Positions 1 through 17,330 of a DNA stretch of 64,000 bases are shown here, piece by piece. A program made the translations under genes and the position numbers. The notes beneath the pieces are model-generated. The model was not told the DNA's origin. It made no database searches and saw only the letters and a list, made by a program, of their open reading frames with translations. This DNA comes from Chrysomallon squamiferum (Eukaryota > Animalia > Mollusca): contig CM022677.1 in assembly GCA_012295275.1 (NCBI GenBank), positions 8,928,001 through 8,992,000 of the forward strand, given 5' to 3'. Within the stretch, counting starts at the first letter, position 1. Each line of letters opens with the position of its first letter.

Positions 1-165
1 TGTATGACTGTGTGTATATCTGTCTGTGGGTGTGCTTTTGTACGTTTATCTACGTAAGTCTGAAAATTCGAGAGGCCAACATTCTTGAATGGCATTATGA
101 TTGAAAGAAAACACTTCAACACTGAAAACATTCACTGTTAACTGATTTCAAACTCTGCTCCACTC

Positions 166-5185
<5,020 letters not shown>

Positions 5186-5530
5186 CTTTAGAATCTTAGT
5201 TCACTTTTTAACGTCTGAGAAATGGTTTTTCATATATAATCTGAAAAAGGTGAAAAGATGTAAATAGTTTAAACATTGCTGATGAAAGATGGAAATTAGA
5301 AAGTAAAGGTGAAGACGAAGATGAAAAAGATGATTGTCTACCAATCTGATTATCTGTCTGTCTGCCTGTCTGCCTGTCTCTGTCTATCATCCATCCATCC
5401 ATCCATCCATCCATCTATCTATCCATCCATCTAGCTTTCTATCTAGCTATATAACTGTCTGTCTGTCTGTCTATCTTGATATTTACCTATCTGCTACCAA
5501 TTATATCTAACTGTCTATCTATATGTTTGC

Positions 5531-5562
<32 letters not shown>

Positions 5563-6094
5563 AAGAACACAAGTATTATTAAAAAATCACTTAATACCCA
5601 ACATTCTAGGCTACTTTCGTTAATAAAATCAGTGCTCTCTATACATTACTTAACATCTGAAAACCTAACAAACTAGTAGTAATTTTAAAATAAACGACTC
5701 TAAAGACATCACTGATATTACCCCAAAACACCACTATAACTAAATAATTATAATAAATATATAAAAACCTTATGAGAGATATATGACGTATGATCTATCT
5801 AATTTTTCCTCACCGTCCAATTCACCTACCTCTATTAACCCCAGATTTGCAAGATATGGACTTACTACGCCGGGCAGATATCAGAGCCTGTATCCGTAAA
5901 TATTACTGCAGCTATTTTGTAATGTTTATCTGTTTGTGTTTTGTTCTGGCTCACGGCTCAGTCCCTGGTGGCTAATGTTTACATGTTGTTCGTGTACAGT
6001 TTCTCTTTGTTTTGTTGATTTTACAATTAATGTATAAATATTTAAAACACACAGCAGAGAGTCAAAACACTCAGTGACCATTGGTTGTTAGAAA

Positions 6095-6174
6095 TCCATC
6101 TATCTGTCTATTTATCTATCTATCTGTCTATATATCTATCTACATATCTATCTATTTATCTGTCTACCAGATTA

Positions 6175-6229
<55 letters not shown>

Positions 6230-6264
6230 GTCTATATATATCTATCTATCTGTCTACCAGATTA

Positions 6265-6300
<36 letters not shown>

Positions 6301-6362
6301 TCTATCTGTCTATATATATATATCTACCTATCTATCTATATATCTGTGTATCTGTCTACCAG

Positions 6363-6394
<32 letters not shown>

Positions 6395-6515
6395 CCTCTC
6401 TATCTGTTTATCTATATATCTAGCTATATATCTATATATCGGTCTACCAGATTATCTGTCTATCTGTCTGCCTGTCTATCTATCTATTTGTCTATCTATC
6501 TATTTACCAGTCTAA
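6095..6515. repeat. (CTAT)n compound microsatellite with higher-order unit (tctaccagattatc)
   Basis: Direct inspection: tctaccagattatc recurs about every 100 nt. Confidence 0.9.
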
Positions 6516-6899
6516 CTATTTACCAGGCTCTATAATCTATCGTCTGCCTATCTTTTGTATGGATGTGTCTCTATGTATCTATTAATTCACCTATCTTCTC
6601 TCTATGGCTATCTTTCTACCTACCTATCTGCCAATCCCTCTGTTTATATATCTATTGATTTATTCATCTATTTCTCAGTTTAATTATCTCACTCTGTCTG
6701 TCGGTCTGTCGGTCTGTCGGTCCTTCTATTTTTGAAAAAACTAAAAAAGAATGTTTTCCGAATATTCAGGACGTTTGATGGTAAATTTAGTCTGGACTGT
6801 TTTAGGACCTGTAGTACTCTCAAATTGTAGTATTCCTAATTTGCTAAGCGATTTGAAAGAAATACATATTTACATATAATTAACAGTTATCAGTTAGCT

Positions 6900-7346
6900 G
6901 ATCAAGAGAACACGAATAATAACATGATGGGCTTTTTACCCTGCGAAGCATGTTACTACAGAATAATGTTAAGATCCTTCATCAACTAACAATCGCAAAA
7001 CTGTTGCTTCTAGTTCTTAATGACGGACATTTTGAATCTTTCTTAGATTTATAAAAAAATTAAAATGGTTTATCACCTACAGAAATGTTTTTATTAGAAC
7101 AAAAACTTCGTGTATTCGCCCTAGCTTCTGAATACTCACAATATGAATAAATGTATTTGAATGGTAAAATTTTGCTAACGATTAAGTTTGACGGTGGCCA
7201 TTTTTAAAAATGGTTGTTTTAGCTAATCACTTTCAATTATTTTGCACGTAACATCTCTAGCATAATTCCTGGCAGTCAACATAAAGAGAATTAGTTCACG
7301 CATGAAAAAACTTGATTATTCAAGGTCTCTTGTTCCATTGACTGAT
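6900..7346. mobile_element. Decayed non-autonomous DNA transposon end (Academ-like, tentative)
   Basis: Internal ggtggccattttt/gacggacattttgaa motifs. The 19-mer at 7328-7346 matches the reverse complement of 24682-24700 at 18/19. The family call is inference and the left boundary is approximate. Confidence 0.4.
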
Positions 7347-7819
7347 AATTGCCAAGTGCGTTTTGTAAAATATTTGTTTTTATATATCTCCCTTCCTTCA
7401 GATCCCTCTTGCAAATTAATGATACTTAAACTGAGAGTACTACTAGTCATAAATATCTTCACTCTGTCATTCTCTCTCACTTTTTTTTTTATCTCTCTGT
7501 GAATGTTTGTGTATATGTAAATACACATATTTGCACACAGAGACACACACACACAACACTAAGACACAACTCTCACACACACACATACACACGCACACTC
7601 AGACTCACTCTCTCACACACACACACACAAATACAAACATACATTCGTATATCTTTTTATTATCTTTTCTTAACATTCTGGCTCGTTTCAAACAATTATT
7701 TTTAGACGACCCAGTCTACTGAAACTTTTTCATGGATCAATTCGTCATTATTTTAATAGACTCAGTCTTACGAAACATTGTATATCAACTTTAATCTCTA
7801 TACATATAATAATAATAAT

Positions 7820-7852
<33 letters not shown>

Positions 7853-7866
7853 ATTATTAATAGGAC

Positions 7867-7920
<54 letters not shown>

Positions 7921-7999
7921 GTTTAATCTGAATATTAATGCTCTCTAACAGATTTCACAAAATGATAAGCTCTCTCATTATTGTTCTAACACATAAAAA

Positions 8000-8210
8000 C
8001 TTCGGAAATCCGGAAAAGAAAGACGTCGGCAGACGTTCGGAAACTCTATTATTAGTATTCGTTATACCCACTGACGTAAAACGTTTATGACGTCACAATT
8101 TCACTGGCAATTGTATTGCTGCGTTGCTTAATTTATTATAGGACAATATTTAGCGAATATTCACTATATATATATAATTTAGAGACATATTATAATTTGG
8201 ACCTATAAAT
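8000..8210 (+). promoter_or_regulatory. Putative promoter of the orphan acidic-repeat gene
   Basis: CpG-enriched patch with several CGGAA (ETS-like) sites, a perfect CRE TGACGTCA at 8088-8095 and TATAAA at ~8204, ~60 nt before ATG 8263. Confidence 0.45.
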
Positions 8211-8262
8211 AACGCATTCTTTGACAAATATTTTCAAATATTTTTCATTCTAAGTTTGAAGT

Positions 8263-8512
8263 ATGTCAGACCTGATGGAGTCAAGAATGAAAGCATTTGA
8301 CCAACTCAGAGAATTCTGGGAGGAACAAGCCCACCGGACAAGACTTGAAAAAAGAGGTAAGTTATATCTATGTATGTTTGTATGTATGTATGTATATGTC
8401 TATATGTATGTGTGTATGTATGCAGTTTAGATTTTGAATATTCTCTGTCTTATGTACGTCTTAGAGATTCTGCACGTAGGCAATATTCGGGAACACACTG
8501 GCGCAGGAGGAC

Positions 8513-8549
<37 letters not shown>

Positions 8550-9243
8550 AGACTTAATATTAGATACATACATATACATATACATAAATAGATATAAACA
8601 TGTATGTGGTGTGTGTGTGTTTGTGTGTGGTTGTTAGTTATGTTTGTTTATTTCAGCTGACCAGGGAATGGGAAACGAGAAGAGAGTGTGGACACGACAG
8701 TCCACTTGCAGAAGTTGGAAGAGAACAGAAGAAAGAAGCGTCCAGAGTGATGTTTCAAGTGAAGAGAATTCAACTGGCTCAGATTGTTTGGAAATGATTT
8801 ACTCACAGCAGACAGAGAGCGAGGAATTAAATATTCAGTTTGAAGAATGTGACGAAAATGATTTTTATGAATATGAAGTAATGGAGGAGGAGGAGTTTAA
8901 TGACTGTCGGGAAACTCAGAAGGAGGAGTTTTATGAATGTGAAGTAATGGAGGAGGAGTTTAATGGCTGTCGGGAAACTCAGAAGGAGGAGTTTTATGAA
9001 TGTGAAGTAATGGAGGAGGAGTTTAATGGCCGTCGGGAAACTCAGAAGGAGGAGTTTTATGAATGTGAAGTAATGGAGGAGGAGTTTAATGGCCGTCGGG
9101 AAACTCAGGAGGAGGAGTTTTATGAATGTGAAGTAATGGAGGAGGAGTTTAATGGCCGTCGGGAAACTCAGGAGGAGGAGTTTTATGAATGTAAAGTAAT
9201 GGAGGAGGAGGAGTTTTATGAATGTAATGGGGATGGATGGTGA
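8263..9243 (+). CDS. Orphan Glu-rich protein with 21-aa tandem repeat (KEEFYECEVMEEEFNGRRETQ); C-terminal TM region frameshifted
   Basis: Exon 8263-8356 (MSDLMESRMKAFDQLREFWEEQAHRTRLEKR, donor G|GTAAGT) joins exon 8657-9243 (TTTCAG| acceptor) in frame. No family recognised. Confidence 0.55.
8861..9230 (+). repeat. 63-bp coding tandem repeat, ~5.5 copies
   Basis: ttttatgaatgt recurs at 8929, 8992, 9055, 9118 and 9181 (63-nt period), with a truncated unit at 9214. Confidence 0.95.
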
Positions 9244-9592
9244 AGATTTGGAAGCGGCAGACAGAGATGTTGGTTTTCGGAATGAACAATCTGCTGACTT
9301 AAGTTATGGTGACACGGTACATGAAGGCATTATAGAAACAATGAGAAAAGTAGGGCTTGAGAAAGTTGTTTATTTATCACTTGCACTGTTTACACTTTTT
9401 TCCCTACTTTTATCGGTGATTCTGGATTCTGAGGTTGAATATGACAGTGTCTTGACAAAAGTGTTTTCAAAAAAATGGTTGCGTGCCTGTGTCGGTCTCA
9501 TTGTATTTGTATCTGTGTGTGTGTTGTTGTACATTTCTCTGTCGATGTATATTGCATATAGCGATGTTGTTTTCCTTTTCTTCATTATGTGA
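9226..9592 (+). pseudogene. Out-of-frame continuation of the orphan gene encoding 2-3 predicted transmembrane helices
   Basis: The last repeat lacks GAAGT (gaatgt-aatgg vs gaatgtgaagtaatgg). Restoring it joins ECEVM to GMDGEDL...VVYLSLALFTLFSLLLSVIL...ACVGLIVFVSVCVLLYISLSMYIAY. Confidence 0.5.
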
Positions 9593-9629
9593 CCTATCCT
9601 CTCTTTCTATCTGTCTATTTGTTTATTCG

Positions 9630-9635
<6 letters not shown>

Positions 9636-9727
<92 letters not shown>

Positions 9728-9870
9728 GACTGTCTACCTATCTGTAATTTTATCTATATCTCTCGATCTCCTACTACCTTTCTTGTCTTCTTATCTGTCT
9801 ATCTATCCATCTGTCTATCTGTCTTTCTGTCTATCTCGGTCTCCCACTACCTTTTTTGTCTTGTTATCTA

Positions 9871-9958
<88 letters not shown>
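9636..9958. repeat. Two (CT)n microsatellites with intervening (CTAT)-like tract
   Basis: CT runs at 9636-9722 and 9875-9958. Confidence 0.95.
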
Positions 9959-9961
<3 letters not shown>

Positions 9962-12900
9962 TTCGTTCTGTGTATCCACACTGGACGATAGTGCATATAG
10001 TAATAAATAAAGTTTGTATAAGAAATTTAGTAATAAAAATTTAGTATTAAAGTTTCTAATCTGCTTAACGCTAGCATAGTAGTAAACACTGTATAAAGGG
10101 TTAAAACTAAGGTTTATACAAAATTTGTTTAGTGAACCACTGAACTGTGATTGGAAATAAAATTTTAAATTTTCTTGTCATCACATCGACTAATATTAAA
10201 TAATTTGAAACCTTTAATAATAGCGTTCTGTTTTTAATTTCTTACTTCTAGATTTCTTTAACCCGTTCTCAAAACAACATCCGAGGTATGCATATGTTTG
10301 TGTTTTGAATGTTCATCTTGTAAGTTTTTAGTTATTAGTAATATATCAGCTAGAATAACGACAACAGCAAAGACGTCAGCAGTGATAATAATTAAACTAA
10401 ATTAACAAAAAGTAGGAAGTGTGATTCAAAACTGACCTAAAACCAACGCTGATGATGCGACAACAACAACAAACACAACAACAATAACAACAACAATAAT
10501 AATAATAATAATAATAATAATACAGTAAAAATAACTTTCATCGTCAATAACAGCTTCTTTCTTAAATATAGCTCATGGCGGAACGATATTAACTAACAGT
10601 AGCGAGGCGTATATTAATAATTATAAAAATAAAACTTAAAAGAACTATTTATTAACAAGCCTTTTTCCAGTCTAAAAATTAATTATCCAAGTTTTGTGCA
10701 TTATAATTTTGTGGTAATAAAAGACAAGTTCATAAATGAAATTAAAAATCTTATTTATTAACAAACCAAAAAGTTCTTATGTATATTAAGTACATTATAT
10801 GACTTTCACTATGTATTAAGTAAAAAATAAGAAAGCATATTTTATTAAAAGGAAAACAAGGTTCAGGTTTAATTTCGTAATAAATGGAATAAAAATTCCT
10901 ATTTTCCTCAACAATGAAATAATGTTTACAAATCCCAGTATTAAACATTTTAATTTTATTTTTTAACTGTATATTATTTTATATGTCCTATGCATCCATT
11001 CCACATTCCTTTTATTTATTTTTTTAAATACTTTATTTTTAAAAAACTTTATCTAACAATTTGTCTGAATAATTAATGATTACAGAAAGTAAAAATAAGC
11101 TATGCAAAAGAAATTAATTATTTCAGATATTAAAAGTTCTCCATTAGAAGGAAAAGATAAAACTTTGAAAGTTATGAAATCTTAGAATAAGTGACATCAC
11201 CGTCACAGCTATAATAAATAATGTGAAATAAACTGTACAGAGCATCATTAATACTCTCCTGTTACTTAGTCGTCGTTTATTTATATATGCGATTATTCAG
11301 TTGTCGTTTTTATGACACAGGGTTCATTTTATTTATTTCGTGGAAACCTACGTAGGCAATCCACGTGAACTATTCCGATATAATCATTGGCTGCAGTCCT
11401 GTGTTTACAAAATAAATGTTCTATTTCTGGAATTTTCACGCTATTTTATTTTATTTTAAGCTTTTGTATGAGCACTGATCTTTACGATGTTTAAACTGTT
11501 TTAGTAATCATTCACGTATGACACGGAAATGGGTCATACGCATTGAAAACTTTATTTTTTTTTTTTTTTTTTTTTAGTTAAATCATTTTGCATATTAGCC
11601 ATAATGAGGCTATCTGTCGAAGGAATGGATATGTATCATAGATTTTCTTTCTTTATTTATTTTAAATTTAATACTTTATTTGTTTACAAATGAAATTAAA
11701 AAATTATATATAATTTCGATGCGAATAAATGAACCTCTTGTTTCTATACGGTGATTTGAAGGGACACAACTCTAATGTTTACTTCTTTTTTTAATTATAA
11801 AAAAGTTTTTAGGAATCTTGTTCTTAATTTGACAGTTTGTAATATTATTACTGTTACTGTTGTGTTTTGTTTGTTTGTTGTTGTTTTGTTGTTTGTTTTT
11901 TGTTTTTTACAAAATAACACTATATTTCTACTAAAAACAAATCCTGTAATCTGTATAATAAATTATTTATTTATTTATTTATTTCAGTTTCCAATATAAT
12001 ATAACAATTTGTTGTGTGTTCTTCCAATAAAATTAATCCATCTAAACTGGATATTATTGATTTTTTCAACTGTAACATTATTAAAAATTACTTTCCAGTT
12101 TTGGACATAAATTTAAAACTAATTATCCCAGATTTACACATATAGACACAAGAGTGAGGAGGTTGCTTATATATTTAGTCTTTAGATTTGAAATTTATTG
12201 TTTTTATGCAGGCTTCTAAAATGTTCAACAACTTTCTGTGGGATTAAAAATATTTACACAGTATCAGTGTCAAAATCTCAATAGAATTAAGTAAGGATCA
12301 AACTTCAGTGTCACATACAGTGATCAGAAATGTATCCTGATCATCAACAACAGGTGACTAGTTTAATTTGTCTTTGAAGTAATTTGTATGGATAGCAATA
12401 TATAAACTTTATATTACTGTATACATAATATATATAAAATTTGGTAAGTACTTTGTGAATGGGTTTGTTTTTTCAGATAGGATTATTATTAATAAATGTT
12501 ATAAATAACTGCAACATAGTAAGACAAGAAACAAAAAAAATGTAAGTTATGTAATTGGAAGAAATTGCATATCAATAAATAAACAAAGAAGTATATTTAC
12601 CTGGATTAAAAAAGGCTTCTTCTTTGGATCACAACAAAAGTTAAAAGATCTAAAACAAAATATTTTTTATGAAATATATCCACAAATAGCAGTCCAGCTG
12701 CATACTAACTGTCCTGTCTCTCTTTCACTCTAGCTCTCTTCCATTATTTATTTGTATATTTAATTTACTGTATTTGTTCATTATTTGTTATAATCTTTTT
12801 GTTTTTGTTTAATATTTCAGTCCCTCTTTCAGTGCTTACTGTCATTTTTGTTTATCTGGATTTTTAATAAAATCTTCAATGTTTATATTATAGTTCAATT

Positions 12901-15900
12901 GATCGCAGTTTTCAGTTATAGAATAGATAATTCCTCTTTTTTGAAACAATTATTAAACCAGCATATTTATATATTTCAGGCCTGATTATGGATAGATAAG
13001 GTTCAATGACAAAGGCAATCACTGGAAGAGTATTAAGATTACTTATATGAAAAATAAAAACAATTAAAATCTTAATGTCATGAACATTTTTAAAATACAT
13101 AATTTCTTGAAAAACACTGGCATATGAAATAGATTTTTATGATTAATGACAGGGAATCTTTGGTGATATGAAAAAATCAGTTTACACTCATTAAAGCAAA
13201 ATGAAATTATATAAGTAAGTGCATTTAAAAGTTTTTAAAAACTGGATGATGTTGATAATGAGTGATGATGTGTTAAACCTCCTGCCTAAGGAGACCTCCT
13301 GTTTCAATCCTATTTCCTTTATAAATAAATCTATTTAATTATTATTTTATTATTTTATTTTTTTTATTTTTTTTGTTAATGACTGTAAACTGAATTTAAA
13401 GTTTCTCTTCTCAACAGCACTATTATCACAATCTTCAACTTTTATTATTTGACAGATAATGAAATATGTTATGAATGTGTTTTCAACTTTCAACTGTATT
13501 GTCAATGGTTATGTAAGTTTTAAGTTACACTCACAATTCAAAGTTCTGCATGCAAACTGGGTTCACATTAACCCTATCAAACATACTTTCTAGAAGTGAT
13601 TATGATGTGGCCTACATAGATTATGAATATAATCCATCTGGACATTTTAATTAAAAATCAAGTGATTCATTAATAACTATATTTTTTGTTTAAGCAGAAA
13701 CCACTCAGGATTGTCTTTCATTAATCAATAAATTATGATATGTAGTGTACCAGAGTTATTGCCATCATATTTTTCTTTGATGTATTATTATTATTATTAT
13801 TACTATTGCTACATTGTGATTATTGTTATTATTATAAATATTATTATCAGCAGACAAAATATATAAATATAGGAATTTTCTATTAACTGTCACATAACTG
13901 AAATGAAGAACAGTTTTAAAGTTTCTTATTTCTCTTCCTTGTGACATTCAAGTAAATTATTGATATTTCTTAAATTAGAACTGTTATATAGAATTTACTC
14001 TATATGTGAAACAAATCTTAACTGATAAAAATTTAAAATTACGAAAGTTATATAGAACAGTTACTAATGAAATTTTATTATTAAAAAATGAATAAATGAG
14101 GATCTAAGGGAGAAACAGATATAAATTCTCTATTATTTTTACCAGTGTACAATTATTATTTGTTTTTGTTTTTTTTACCCACTGAATGTTTGTGTAACAT
14201 AGACTCACACAACACCCAGATTCTTTAGTTTTGATGAGCATATTTTGTTACTATTTATTATGAATAAGTATCATTTAATTCTTTCAGGAATAAATATTAC
14301 TCTTATTAGCATCATTGTTAATATCTTATCTCAAAGCACTCTAAAATAATTTTTTATGGTTTTCAGTTTACTGCATTCAAAAGAGTAATGGTATCAGCAA
14401 ATACTGATAAACATCCTTGTTATTATCTTATCTCTATTATTAAAAAGTTACAATAGCTTTTTATGGTTTTCAGTTTACTGTAGTGAAAATAGTAACATTA
14501 TCAGCAAACAAGTGATAAACATAATTTATTTACTGTAATTATTCACTATTTACCATTATTACATCCGCTAGTGCTTATATAAACTAGTAATAATAAAACA
14601 GTATTAAAAATAAAATACAAAAGCTTTTTTCTTGACAATGATTTTTAATATCTTTTTTATGGTATAAATTTGTATAATTATATATACATGCTTTTTTTGT
14701 TATGAAAGTTGAAACATGCATGGCATAAAAGAAAACTGAATTAACAAGTGTATTTTGACTTTATATACAAATGTAAGCAAAACAATAAAAAATCAGCTGT
14801 AAAATTAAAGATGTATTTCTAGCAAAAATAAATAATAAATAAAATAAAATTAGTATTCCCACAATGTTTAAATAAACATAGTTATGTGTTATAATAAGAC
14901 ATTTCAGATATAAAAAGAAATTAACAAATTAGAAAATTATCTCTATATTAGATAGAAAAAAGATTATTGTATCTGTTAATATATAAGAGCAATTTTCATT
15001 TTGAAAATGTAACCTGGATTTGTAATAAATACAAATGTTTTCTATTTTACATGACTTAGCAGAATATTTTCATCACTCATTCAGTTATATAACTACCAAT
15101 TCCAAACAATGAAAAGAAATAATAATAATAAATTAATATATAATATAAGCAAGCATTAAATAAAAATTTTAGAAAATGTTTTATATTTCCACAATAATAA
15201 AGTTTGAAAATCAAAAGGTCATCGTTTTTACTTTTCTTTTTTGTTTTAATGAGAAACATGAGGTAATTATTCATTAAAAAGAACAAAGATGATCATTTCC
15301 AAAAATACAGATTTGAATATTTATTTATCACGAATGTAAAACCAGTAATACATTACAAGAAGAATCCAAAATATGAAATTGTACACTAAGACATTATATG
15401 ATAAATTAAATTTTATAACTATAAAATAGAAATAAAAATTTCTTTTATGTTTGACAATTTATTTTATAAAATAGAAATTATTACAGGCTGACAATGACCC
15501 ATCTAGGAACCTCAATGGTTATAAATGTATCTCAGAAAATAATAATAATGAAAATATATTTAATAAGTCAAAAACCAGTAAATAATTTCAAATAAAAGTC
15601 TTAAAAGTTTTCCTATTGTTCAGAATGAATTACCACCTTTGATACATGAAACAAACAGGATAATTTTGCTAGTAACTGATTTAGAAGAATAATCCAAGAA
15701 AATATATATATATTTTTTTATTTAAATAATAATTATTACTATAATTACTATTTTAAAAAATTACACCTCAATATTGATGCTCAATAAATAAAAATATTAA
15801 GTATTTATGATTGTTTGTTCATTACACAATTTCCTTTCATAAAGATTGGAGATATTAAATGTACTCAGAAAGCACAGTATATTACAATTGTAAATCTCAT

Positions 15901-17330
15901 TCAATTTAAATTTATATTCTATTTTAAATTTATTCATTAGTGAAAATAAAATGGATGGTCTTTTTTATATTTTTATGCAGAAGTAATATATTTCTTTAAA
16001 ACAGAAGAAAAAATTGTAAAAATGCATAAGGTCCTGGAATATCTAAATATTTCTAGCAATGACCATCTATCAGGTACTACTGGAAGCGCTTATAGCCAGA
16101 TAAAATTCCAGCATTTATATACTTAGTATTAACACTGGGACAACTTTTTTTACATGTATATTTTTTATTTACATTATAATAATGGGTTTATTTTAAACTC
16201 TTTTATAATGATACATGTTATTAAAGATTTGGAATTCAAAATCAAAAACAACTAGTTTCAGACTTATTTAAGCAGGAAATTTTTTTTTTTAAATAATATC
16301 AAAATAAATATGGATAAATACATTTTTATTCTGGTTGGACACTTTTTTAATTTATCCAGCAATATTTGCTGTTCTGTATAAGTTTGTATCCAAATGAAAT
16401 GGCACACAAACAAGCATACTCTGTTAGGTAGATGTAAATTGCTTTAAACAAAATAGCAAAAGAAACATTTTTAAGTACACGTTATTTTGTAATTAAAAAG
16501 ATTGTTAATTTTAATGAAATTATAAAACTAAACAAATGTAAGAAGAAAATAAATGATTATTTAAAAAATTTAAAGAAAGATTAATGACAAGCAAAAAAAA
16601 AAAATTATTCTGCATAAACATAAATCAAAATGTTGAATTTTTATATATGCTAATTTATACACTTTATTACTGTGCTCAGATATTATTCTTTTTCGCTATT
16701 GCAACTGTAATATTTCAGAACTTCTAGTTTTTATCAAATTAAAATCATTTTACATATTTCAATAATATACAATCTTCTTTTCAGTTACTTTACATTTCAT
16801 TCCAGTCATTATAACAAATCAAGTGAAATGAAAATGCCAAAAATAGTTTTATAATATATATAAATGTATATACAGCAACAACAACAAAAAAATAATCTCA
16901 TACCAGCATTATCTTAATAGTTTCCATTAGCGATTCATTTTCTTGAATACTCTAGTAATTCCTTCAGAAAATTGGCTTCAATGCATTTATCGATCAGGTT
17001 CAACACAACAAATTCTTCAGGTGACTATATTATCAAATCCAGTTAGATTTGAGGTTTTTGTGTCACAAATTAATCAAGTGATTGTATCAAATCCAGAAAG
17101 ACCTTCTGATCACAAGTTTTTCAATTAAGAAGACTTGGTCACATTTTGTGTCTTCTAATAGTAAATTTTTTTTTCATTTTTATTTTAAATATTAATATTT
17201 GCAGTCACTGGACAAATTATAGCAAAATAAAAAATTTCTCCATTTTGCACAATAGTTATGTCAAAAAAAAATGCCAATGGCAGAATATACATTTCACATG
17301 AAAGTATTGGTTATGAAATTATTACTGAAA

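Noticed and set aside
17020-17160. Several small hairpins in the presumed Rab8 3'UTR
   Set aside because: Stems of 5-7 bp are expected by chance in AT-rich DNA, and there are no SECIS or miRNA-like features.
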